64,000 nucleotides of DNA from an uncultured Gemmatimonadales bacterium (GTDB lineage Bacteria; Gemmatimonadota; Gemmatimonadetes; Gemmatimonadales; GWC2-71-9). The stretch is taken from contig CAVUAK010000003.1 in NCBI GenBank assembly GCA_963739455.1, positions 447,400 through 511,399 of the forward strand, read 5' to 3'. Positions 1 through 7,521 of the stretch are shown here, in pieces. Under the pieces are notes generated by a model. It had not been told where the DNA came from. It ran no database searches and saw only the letters and a list, made by a program, of their open reading frames with translations. Every line of letters starts with the position of its first letter. Positions within the stretch are counted from its first letter, which is position 1. Both the position numbers and the translations under genes were made by a program.

Positions 1-742
1 CATTCACGTCGCGGTACAACGACTTGCCGGCAGCAAGCACCAGCAGCCCACGTACCGCCCCTTCCGGTCCGCACTCCGCAGAGAAACGGTCACAGGTGTA
101 TTCGCAGGCACGCGAGTAGGCCTTGCCGAGGTAGGGTACCAGATGGCCGGGGATCTTGAGCCACCGATGCCTGAGGTGTCCCCGCTTGATGTGCGCCAGT
201 TCGTGAGCTACCACGAACCCCAGCGCGTCCTCACCCCGGTCCTGTGCCAGCGACACAATATCCGAGTAGAGCACCACGAAGGCCCGCGAGAAGAAGCGGG
301 TGACGAAGGCGTTCAGCACTCCACCAGCTTGCACGATGTACACCGGGGGCACCGGCTCGAGACCGAGAGCCCTCGCATGACGGAGCACCAGCTGGTGAAT
401 GGTGGGGAACTGCTGCTCCGTCACGCGCACCCCGTTGCCGCGAAGGTGCCCCACGAAGTGGCCATGGATCACGATGTAGAATGCGATGATCGCGGGCACA
501 TAGATAAGGAGGACGCCCGCTCCCTTGGCTGTCGTGGCAGCGGAGGCCGCCGATGCAGCGGGATTGGCGGGGTCGACCAGCAGTGAGGGCGCAGCCATGG
601 CGGCGAGCGAGCCGAGGAGCGATATCGCGGTGAAGAAGTAGATGCCAACGCCCGCCAGCAGTACCAGCCAGAGGAGGATGCGCTCCCTCGGATGAACCAG
701 CGTGGCCAGCTTTTCTGGCGGAATGGACGGGCGGCCAGCCAT
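1..742 (-). CDS. M48 family (HtpX-like) membrane zinc metallopeptidase, truncated by window edge
   Basis: Own translation from ATG at 742 with GGAGG upstream: two N-terminal hydrophobic segments, LNAFVT, VVAHELAH zinc motif, SRACEYTCD. Not in the ORF track because its stop lies outside the window. Confidence 0.85.
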   Translation of the reverse strand, partial: MAGRPSIPPEKLATLVHPRERILLWLVLLAGVGIYFFTAISLLGSLAAMAAPSLLVDPANPAASAASAATTAKGAGVLLIYVPAIIAFYIVIHGHFVGHLRGNGVRVTEQQFPTIHQLVLRHARALGLEPVPPVYIVQAGGVLNAFVTRFFSRAFVVLYSDIVSLAQDRGEDALGFVVAHELAHIKRGHLRHRWLKIPGHLVPYLGKAYSRACEYTCDRFSAECGPEGAVRGLLVLAAGKSLYRDVN

Positions 743-868
743 GGCAACCTCCTTCGAGAGAAGAAGCGACGGACCCCGAGGCAGCGACTCAGTTGTGCAT
801 GGGTGCTCCAGAATGGTAGGTGGCGGTACAGCGCCGGGTAACATGGGTCGATCGACCCATGGATGCGC

Positions 869-1960
869 CTAACGTTTCATGATGGACAGGGGGGCGGCCG
901 CGGCAGGATAGGCCGCGTGAAAGTCCTCTCCCAGTAGTTCGGCGACCGTGGCCGCGATCTGGCCCTGCGTCACTGTTGCCGTGTTGGTCCGGGCACCGAG
1001 CGGGGCGATACCGGGGCCGATCACCGCCATCCAGATCCGGTCTGCGCCTGCTACATCCTTGCCGTGGTCCCTCCAGGCATCGGGGCCGTTCCCCCGCCCA
1101 TGATCAGTAGTGATGATGAACGTCGTGTTCCCGCGATACTGCGGAATGCCCTGCATCAGCTGCCACAACTCGGCGATAAACGCGTCGTCCTGCTGGGCGG
1201 AGCGAAGGAGCTTGTCATACTTGCCGTCGTGTGCCCAAACGTCGGTTTCGCCGAAGCCGACGAACAGCAGGCGCGGCCGTTCGCGCACGATGTATTCGCG
1301 CAGCACCACCTGCATGAACGAATCATAGGAAAGATCGTCCCAGATACGCGTGGTGGTGCGGGTCAGTTCGTTGAGAAGCGTCTCGGACGAGTCGGTGGGG
1401 TTCGGGAACGGTTGCTCCCATCCGGCCCAGAGGTGGATGCCGGCCCGCTCGCGGTTGAAGATGCGGGGGAAGGCGTCCCATGTACCGAAGGCGGCGACCC
1501 GGCCGCCGAGTCCCGGGCGGCCATTGAGCCACTCGAACACGGTAACGTTGGGGTTGCGTGGGTACGCGTTGGTATTGATGCGTGGGTCACCGCGACCGGT
1601 GAGTACCTCGTTATAGCCGGGATAGGAGAAGTTGAATCCGTTGGTGACCCGCGCTACGCTGCCATGGGTCTCGTCACCCAGGATCTGTCCGCGCTGTGCC
1701 ACCGAATCCCACAGGAAGGGCATGAGCACGCGCCGGCGCTCCTCCGGGGTGGGGCGCCAGAACTGGCGCTGGGCGGTGAGGGTGTCGTCGATGCCGCCGT
1801 GCTTCGAGTGCATCAGGAGGCTGTCGGCGCCGGTGAAGACCTCCTGCCACCGGACGCCGTCGAGCATGATGAGGACCACGTTGGCCTGGGCGCGCTGCGC
1901 CATGGTGACACTGGGGCAGAGCAGGGCGAATAGGGTCAGGACCAGGACCAGGATTGGCAC
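869..1960 (-). CDS. Exported alkaline phosphatase superfamily protein (phosphoglyceromutase/sulfatase-like)
   Basis: Signal peptide; VVLIMLDGVRW, FSYPGYNE, ETDVWAH and ITTDHG metal-binding motifs. Confidence 0.8.
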   Translation of the reverse strand: MPILVLVLTLFALLCPSVTMAQRAQANVVLIMLDGVRWQEVFTGADSLLMHSKHGGIDDTLTAQRQFWRPTPEERRRVLMPFLWDSVAQRGQILGDETHGSVARVTNGFNFSYPGYNEVLTGRGDPRINTNAYPRNPNVTVFEWLNGRPGLGGRVAAFGTWDAFPRIFNRERAGIHLWAGWEQPFPNPTDSSETLLNELTRTTTRIWDDLSYDSFMQVVLREYIVRERPRLLFVGFGETDVWAHDGKYDKLLRSAQQDDAFIAELWQLMQGIPQYRGNTTFIITTDHGRGNGPDAWRDHGKDVAGADRIWMAVIGPGIAPLGARTNTATVTQGQIAATVAELLGEDFHAAYPAAAAPLSIMKR

Positions 1961-2030
1961 GGGGACTCCAGTGGTGATGATTCGGGGGGTTCGCCGCGTC
2001 GCGGGTAGGAGTTTATCTTGTGCGGTCTCG

Positions 2031-2103
2031 GGGGCGGTAGCTCAGTTGGGAGAGCACCTGCTTTGCAAGCAGGGGGTCACCGGTTCGATCCCGGTCCGCT
2101 CCA
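2031..2103 (+). tRNA. tRNA-Ala (anticodon TGC), CCA not encoded
   Basis: Acceptor GGGGCGG/CCGCTCC with G3-U70, D-arm GCTCAGTTGGGAGAGC, anticodon arm CCTGC-TTTGCAA-GCAGG, T-loop TTCGATC, discriminator A. Confidence 0.97.
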
Positions 2104-2116
2104 CTCAGGTAATATC

Positions 2117-2152
2117 AAGCTTCATCGTCACTTCGACGGTGGAGCTTTTTTT
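2117..2152 (+). terminator. Intrinsic terminator after tRNA-Ala
   Basis: AAGCTTCATCGTC-acttc-GACGGTGGAGCTT hairpin followed by a T run. Confidence 0.8.
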
Positions 2153-2163
2153 GTTGATTTCCG

Positions 2164-2694
2164 CTACGCCGGAGCGTAGGTCAGCCTGATCACATCCTCG
2201 TCAATCCGATCAGTCGCCACAAGGCGGAGCCGCGGCCGGGGCCCGGCGAAATACGGCTTGCCCTGACCAACCACAACGGGGTGCAGGTAGATCTGATACT
2301 CATCGATCAGGCCAAGTGCAGTGAGGCTGTGCGCCAGGGCCGGGCCGGCAACCTCGATCTGCCCGTCGCGCTCGGCCTTCAGCTGGCGGATTGCAGCCTC
2401 AAGGTCATCCCCAACAAGCGTGGCGTTGGGGCCGACTTCCTTCAACGAGCGCGAGACCACCCATTTCGGCTGCTTCCGCCACGCCACCGCGAAGGCGCGT
2501 TCCTCCGTACGCCATTCGGGATGATCGTCGTCCCAGTAACGCATGGTCTCATACATCACGCGACCGTACACACTGCCCGCCAGCCGCTCCGCCTCCTCGA
2601 TGAAGTGGCGGAAGAGCGTGGGGCCTGGGGCAAACGCCATGTGGTCGACGTAGCCGTCCAGGGACTGGTTCAGTCCGAACACCAGCTTGGCCAT
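2164..2694 (-). CDS. Dihydrofolate reductase / RibD C-terminal family protein
   Basis: SLDGY, YGRVMYE, KWVVSRSL, GLIDEYQIYLHPVVVGQGKPYF motifs. Confidence 0.85.
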   Translation of the reverse strand: MAKLVFGLNQSLDGYVDHMAFAPGPTLFRHFIEEAERLAGSVYGRVMYETMRYWDDDHPEWRTEERAFAVAWRKQPKWVVSRSLKEVGPNATLVGDDLEAAIRQLKAERDGQIEVAGPALAHSLTALGLIDEYQIYLHPVVVGQGKPYFAGPRPRLRLVATDRIDEDVIRLTYAPA

Positions 2695-2713
2695 GCCCGC
2701 TTCCTTTCCTTAA

Positions 2714-2749
2714 AGGGAGTCACCGGTCTTGTCCCGGTCCGCTCCACTC
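2714..2749 (+). repeat. Degenerate direct repeat of the tRNA-Ala 3' end (att-like site)
   Basis: 31/36 identical to 2071-2106; the last 18 nt (TCCCGGTCCGCTCCACTC) are identical. Confidence 0.85.
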
Positions 2750-2955
2750 GGCAAAAGTGCAAGCTGCTTCACAACGCTGGCCTGCAGGCACTGGGTGTGC
2801 TGACGTGATCGCCGCCTGTGGCCTTCGCGGAATGTCCGTAGCGTGTACCGCGATCGGAGTGAAAGCGCAGGACCTTGTCGGGCTCGAGTTAGCGGAAATT
2901 GGCAAGGGCCGTCGTGTGGTTGAGCACCATGCGCGGCGTCAGGCTACGCCAGCGA

Positions 2956-3438
2956 TCACGGCGCCAGCAGCGGCAGGAGTTTCTTCTCGATCTGTGACGG
3001 CGTGACCGCCGATCCGAATCGATCGAGCACCTCTCCGTCACGTCCCACCAGGAACTTGGTGAAGTTCCACTTGATCGCCTCGGAGCGCAGGACGCCCTTC
3101 TGGGCCGCCTTCAGGTACCGGTACAGTGGGTGCGCATCCGGGCCGTTCACCTCCACCTTGGCGAACATCGGGAAGGTCACGCCGTAGTTGACCGAGCAGA
3201 ATTCGCCGATCGCCGCCTCGTCACCCGGCTCCTGGTGCCCGAACTGGTCGCAAGGAAAGCCGAGCACCACGAGCCCCTGATCCTTGTAGCGCCGGTACAG
3301 CTGCTCGAGGCCAGCGTACTGCGGCGTGAATCCGCACTTGCTCGCGACGTTGACGATCAGGAGAAGGTGGCCGCGCCACTCTGCAAGCGAACGATTGGCG
3401 CCAGAGAGATCCAGCGCTGTGAAGTCAAAGGCATTCAT
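2956..3438 (-). CDS. gpx: Glutathione peroxidase (Cys-type, BtuE/Gpx-like)
   Basis: NVASKCGFTPQY, LGFPCDQFGHQEPG, IKWNFTKFL; start placed at MNAFDF. Confidence 0.93.
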   Translation of the reverse strand: MNAFDFTALDLSGANRSLAEWRGHLLLIVNVASKCGFTPQYAGLEQLYRRYKDQGLVVLGFPCDQFGHQEPGDEAAIGEFCSVNYGVTFPMFAKVEVNGPDAHPLYRYLKAAQKGVLRSEAIKWNFTKFLVGRDGEVLDRFGSAVTPSQIEKKLLPLLAP

Positions 3439-3457
3439 GCGCCAAAGGTAGCGGCAC

Positions 3458-4822
3458 TCAGGGGAATGGACGGGGACGTGGCTGCGGCCAGGGCCAGACA
3501 TCGATCTGCGAGCTGCCCGCGATACCCTGGATGGCGGCCTTCCGGATGGCGGGATCCTTCGACTGCAGCAACTGCGTCAGCTGCTCCGCCTTCTCCCCCG
3601 AGTGGATGAGTGCCCGAGCTCTGCCTTCTGCGCCTGCGAGTCCTGCTCCTTCGCCAGTGCCGTCCGCAGCGCCGGCAGGGCCGATGCGTCGCCGATCTCG
3701 CCCAGCGCCCACGCTGAGGCAGTCCGCACATCCTCGTCGCTCGAGGCCAGGCCGTCGATCAACCCCTTGGGCGCGGTCTTGAGATCGAGCTGGCCGAGCG
3801 CCCATGCCGACGTTGCGCGAACCCGCATGCTCTTGTCGCTCGCCACCGCCTGTCCCAGCTGCCTGCGCCGCGGACGCGGCACCGAGCTCTCCCAGGGCCC
3901 ACGCGGCAGTCTCGCGCACCTTCTCGCTCGGGTCGCTGGTAACGACACCCGCGAGGACGGTCGCCGCGCCCTTGTCCCCGATCTCGCCGAGCGCCCAGGC
4001 GCTCATCTCGCGAACCTGTTCGTCCTTGTCGTCCTGCACAGCCTGCGACAACGCACTCACGCTCTGCGGCGACTCGAGCTGCCCGAGTGCCCAGGCCGTC
4101 GTGAGACGCACTGACGCGTCGGCGTCCTGGCGCAGGATCTTGAGCAGGGCAGGCACGGCACCGACCGAGTCCATCTGGCCCAGCGCGCCCGCCGCGGCCT
4201 GGCGCACCACGGCGTAGTTGTCGGTCAGCGCGTGGGTCACCGGTGGTACGGCACGACCATCGCCGATGCGCCCCAGTGCCCATGCCGAGTTGGCCCGGAC
4301 GCCTGGGGAGGAGTCCTTGAGGTGGGAGATCAACGGATCCACAGCACTCTTCGGTTCAACCAGCCCGATCCCGAACGCCGCGAGCTCGCGAATTGACGAG
4401 TCCGCCGACGCCAGGCGCTGCACGAAGCCGGTCGCCACCTGGCTCTCTTCCGCGCCCGCCAGCAACCGCACCCCGAGCTCGCGCACGCACGCATCATCGA
4501 TCTGCAGGCTCTCGAACAGGTAGTTCACGTCCGCCGTGGAGACGCTGTCCCTCCCCCTCCGGTCTCGACGCTCTCGCGGCTGCCGCACCGGCGCGAGCGG
4601 AGTCACCGGCGCATCGGTCCACCGTCCCCAGCCGTAGTTGCCCACCGCCGCCACGGCGAGGGAACAGAGGGGCGGCGGGGCGTTGCGCGCCGCCGCCATG
4701 AGCTGATGGATGTCCTGGTCGCCGGGGCGACCTGCAGCCGGCGGTTCATTCACCCGGGCGATCGCGACGGCCAGAAGGGTGAGGGCAATGCTGCGCAGCA
4801 TATCGGCTCCTGACATGGTCAT
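3458..4822 (-). CDS. Secreted HEAT/PBS-lyase repeat protein with C-terminal WPWPQPRPRPFP tail (two compensating frameshifts near 3865 and 3605)
   Basis: Signal-like MLRSIALTLLAVAIA, repeated VRxxAAWALG units; alternate frame 3577-3948 supplies further repeats. Confidence 0.85.
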   Translation of the reverse strand: MTMSGADMLRSIALTLLAVAIARVNEPPAAGRPGDQDIHQLMAAARNAPPPLCSLAVAAVGNYGWGRWTDAPVTPLAPVRQPRERRDRRGRDSVSTADVNYLFESLQIDDACVRELGVRLLAGAEESQVATGFVQRLASADSSIRELAAFGIGLVEPKSAVDPLISHLKDSSPGVRANSAWALGRIGDGRAVPPVTHALTDNYAVVRQAAAGALGQMDSVGAVPALLKILRQDADASVRLTTAWALGQLESPQSVSALSQAVQDDKDEQVREMSAWALGEIGDKGAATVLAGVVTSDPSEKVRETAAWALGELGAASAAQAAGTGGGERQEHAGSRNVGMGARPARSQDRAQGVDRRPGLERRGCADCLSVGAGRDRRRIGPAGAADGTGEGAGLAGAEGRARALIHSGEKAEQLTQLLQSKDPAIRKAAIQGIAGSSQIDVWPWPQPRPRPFP

Positions 4823-4835
4823 TCGCTGGTTACGT

Positions 4836-4853
4836 ATGGTGAAAAATCAGCAC
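4836..4853 (-). promoter_or_regulatory. Putative BlaI-family operator, copy 2
   Basis: Minus strand GTGCTGATTTTTCACCAT matches 7325-7342 at 15/18 positions, 13 nt upstream of the HEAT gene ATG. Confidence 0.65.
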
Positions 4854-4864
4854 TTCATTCCCTG

Positions 4865-4903
4865 AAAAAGGGCGTCGCGGATGAGCACCATCGCACGACG
4901 CCC
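4865..4903 (-). terminator. Intrinsic terminator between the M56-HEAT gene and the HEAT gene
   Basis: GGGCGTCG...CGACGCCC stem followed by TTTTT on the minus strand. Confidence 0.7.
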
Positions 4904-4921
4904 TGTGCCCTGGGCAACCGC

Positions 4922-6907
4922 TCAGGGCGAGACGCTTGGAAATGGCCGCGGCCGGGGCTGCGGGTTGGGCCACGGTCCGCCGGCATGTCCCCCGGCGAGC
5001 GCTGTTACCGCCGCGTTGCGAATGCGCGCATCGGGCGAGCTGACCAGGCGCGAGAGCGCATCAACCGATGCTTCGCCGGTGGCGCCGATGGCACGGATGA
5101 GGTCCGCCTGGATGTCGGGGTCCGTCTCTTTCGCGAAAGCTGCCTCGAGTGCCGGAAGCGTGGAAGCATCCTGGATGTTGAAGAGTGCCCACGCCGCGGA
5201 GCGGCGCACGTTCACGTCGGGATCCGACAGCGCCTTTACCAGTGACGCCGGCGCCTTCTGCGGTTCGCAGTTGCCGATACCCCACGCCGCCGTCGCCCGA
5301 ACGTTGGCGTCCGGGCTGCTCATCGCTGCCGCAAGGACGTCCACCGACGACGGGTCTCCCATGGAGCCCAGGGCCCAGACCGCCGTCGCCTTGAGCTTCA
5401 GGTTGCCATCCTGCTGAACTGCCTTGGCCAGTGCCTGCACGACCGCAGGGCTCCGGTTGGCACCGGCGAGGGCCCATGCCGCCATGTCCCGGACGGACTC
5501 GTCACTGTCACCGTTGAGCGCTGCTACCAGAGCCTCAGATGCGACGGCCTCTTCGGCGTACTGCGCCAGGCCCCACGCAGCGGTACGACGCACGGACGCA
5601 TCTGAGTCGGTGCGGAGCGCCTTGGCGAGTACGGTGGCGCGCTGGTCGTCGGTGCTGTCGCTGGCTGACTGCCTCTGCGCAGCCGCACCGGCCATCACCT
5701 GCGACGTTGCCGCGACCACTGACTGCACGTTGCTGACATCGACCTTGGTCGCTTGCCTGGTGTCGATCCTGATCTTCGTGACCGGTTCGGCCTTGATGTC
5801 GCTGGTGACAGCTTCCGGCACCGGAGCCAACGGAGCTTCCGGTATCGCCTGTGCCACGGTTGTGAGGGGCACGCGCTCCACTGGCATCGCACCACCCACG
5901 ACCACCGCCAGCAACAACAGTGACGATACGAGGAGCGCCGTTCCCAGCCGGCCCATGCCCTTGCGGCGCAGTTCCGGGTTGAGGATAGCCAGCATCCGCC
6001 CCTCGAATTCCTTGCGATGCGCCAGTGCCAGCGCGATCGATGGGGTCGCATGGTCGCGCACGCAGGTGACGATGTCGAGCAGGTGCTCGGCGTATTCGCT
6101 TGGACGGGTACCGAACGCCAGCGCCAGGTCGTCGCAGGCCCGCTCACTCTCGGCGCGCAGGTGTCGCGCGGCGGTCCACACCAGCGGATGGAACCAGTAC
6201 AGGGCGCACGCAATACGGCCAAGCGTATGCCCCACAAGATCGTGCCGGCGCACATGACCCAGCTCGTGGATCAGCACCGCCGTGCGCCGCTCGGCGGTCC
6301 ACTCGTCGCTTGACGCTGGCAGCACGATGGTTGGCGTCATCAGGCCGGCCGCGAACGGCATCTTCACGCTGTCGCTGCGCAGCAGGCGAGGGGCCGCGTC
6401 GAGTCCAAGACGATCGGCGATCTCGTAGAGCGAGGCCTGCCACGCCGGATCAGTGAGCGCGCCGGCCCGGCGCACGATGCGTCGCACCTGGAACGCACCC
6501 CAGGCCAGCCAGGCAAGAAGCACCAGGGCGACGGAGGCCCATACGGTGAGCAGCAGGCCGAGCACCGTCCAGCCAGCTGGCAAGGAAGCGGTGCCACGGG
6601 TGGCCTGCGTTACTTCTGAGAGTGGTGCAACAGCATCGGCAACCGACTGAACTGCTGTCGACTGCTGACTCCCTGCCGACTGCCGACGGCCGACTGCCGA
6701 CACCTCAACCGCTGGCAACACTCGAAGCTCGAGCGGTGCCCAGGCCCCAAGCGCAGGAAGTACGAGCAATGCACCGAGCGCCACGAGCCATACCACATGC
6801 CGCGACCGCGCCGAGGCTCGCTGCATCGCGAGCGTGGCGAAGAGGGCGATGAGCAGGAGGCAGGTCGCCTTGAGCAGCACCAGGATGATCGACAGGCTTG
6901 TTGCCAT
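4922..6907 (-). CDS. BlaR1-like M56 metallopeptidase sensor fused to C-terminal HEAT repeats
   Basis: TM helices, HELGH, LYWFHPLVW, ERACD, further TM, Pro/Ala linker, about 7 VRxxAAWAL repeats, tail PWPNPQPRPRPFP. Confidence 0.92.
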   Translation of the reverse strand: MATSLSIILVLLKATCLLLIALFATLAMQRASARSRHVVWLVALGALLVLPALGAWAPLELRVLPAVEVSAVGRRQSAGSQQSTAVQSVADAVAPLSEVTQATRGTASLPAGWTVLGLLLTVWASVALVLLAWLAWGAFQVRRIVRRAGALTDPAWQASLYEIADRLGLDAAPRLLRSDSVKMPFAAGLMTPTIVLPASSDEWTAERRTAVLIHELGHVRRHDLVGHTLGRIACALYWFHPLVWTAARHLRAESERACDDLALAFGTRPSEYAEHLLDIVTCVRDHATPSIALALAHRKEFEGRMLAILNPELRRKGMGRLGTALLVSSLLLLAVVVGGAMPVERVPLTTVAQAIPEAPLAPVPEAVTSDIKAEPVTKIRIDTRQATKVDVSNVQSVVAATSQVMAGAAAQRQSASDSTDDQRATVLAKALRTDSDASVRRTAAWGLAQYAEEAVASEALVAALNGDSDESVRDMAAWALAGANRSPAVVQALAKAVQQDGNLKLKATAVWALGSMGDPSSVDVLAAAMSSPDANVRATAAWGIGNCEPQKAPASLVKALSDPDVNVRRSAAWALFNIQDASTLPALEAAFAKETDPDIQADLIRAIGATGEASVDALSRLVSSPDARIRNAAVTALAGGHAGGPWPNPQPRPRPFPSVSP

Positions 6908-6916
6908 GATTGTCCC

Positions 6917-7324
6917 CTACTTCTCGCTCCGCCGGGCGCGGCGGATGGTGTCACGGAGCCGCTCGATGTCGGCCTCGCTCAAGTTCGTGTCGGAAAGCCG
7001 GAGCAACGCGGTCATCGCCTGTTCGGTGGATCCGGCGAAGTACGTGCTCACCACATGCTCCAGCACGTCCTCCCGCGCCTTCTCTGTCGGCTTGGCGGTG
7101 AAGTACACGTAGCGGGGTCCATCTTCCTTGTGACCGATCAGCTTCTTCTCCCCCAGGATCCGGAGGATCGACCGGACGGCGGAGTAGGTCGGCGGGTCTG
7201 GCATGGCCTGCATGATTTCCGACACCGTCGATTCGCCTCGCCGGTGCAGGATGTCCATGACCTGCCGCTCGCGGCGACTCAGGTCATCAGTGGGTGCGCG
7301 GTCAGCGCGAGGGCCTTTTGTCAT
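6917..7324 (-). CDS. BlaI/MecI/CopY family transcriptional repressor
   Basis: LSRRERQVMDILH, PTYSAVRSILRILGEK, GPRYVY; directly upstream of M56 gene; start placed at MTKG. Confidence 0.93.
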   Translation of the reverse strand: MTKGPRADRAPTDDLSRRERQVMDILHRRGESTVSEIMQAMPDPPTYSAVRSILRILGEKKLIGHKEDGPRYVYFTAKPTEKAREDVLEHVVSTYFAGSTEQAMTALLRLSDTNLSEADIERLRDTIRRARRSEK

Positions 7325-7359
7325 GTGCTGATATTTCAACACTAGGGACAAAAAGTCAA
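7325..7359 (-). promoter_or_regulatory. Putative sigma70 promoter and operator (copy 1) for a leaderless blaI-like mRNA
   Basis: Minus strand TTGACT-17 nt-AAATAT-6 nt-ATG; imperfect palindrome GTGCTGATATTTCAACAC (7325-7342) covers the -10 and abuts the ATG. Confidence 0.65.
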
Positions 7360-7521
7360 GGGTAGGACAGAATGGCCCGGATTATTGGGCCGAGTGAAAC
7401 ACTGCAATCGAAGGTCTGGCGCAAGGCGCACGAGGCAGCAACAATTCACGCGCTCCACCTGCTTAAATGGCCAGCTGCTCCAGCGCCTAGCAGGGTCCTC
7501 ATGGTGATCGGCTGCAGGTTG

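Noticed and set aside
2714..2749. Second tRNA gene
   Set aside because: Only the 3' part is present, the T-loop is mutated and there are no D or anticodon arms.
2956..3438. Selenocysteine in gpx or the msrB genes
   Set aside because: Catalytic positions are ordinary Cys codons; no in-frame TGA.
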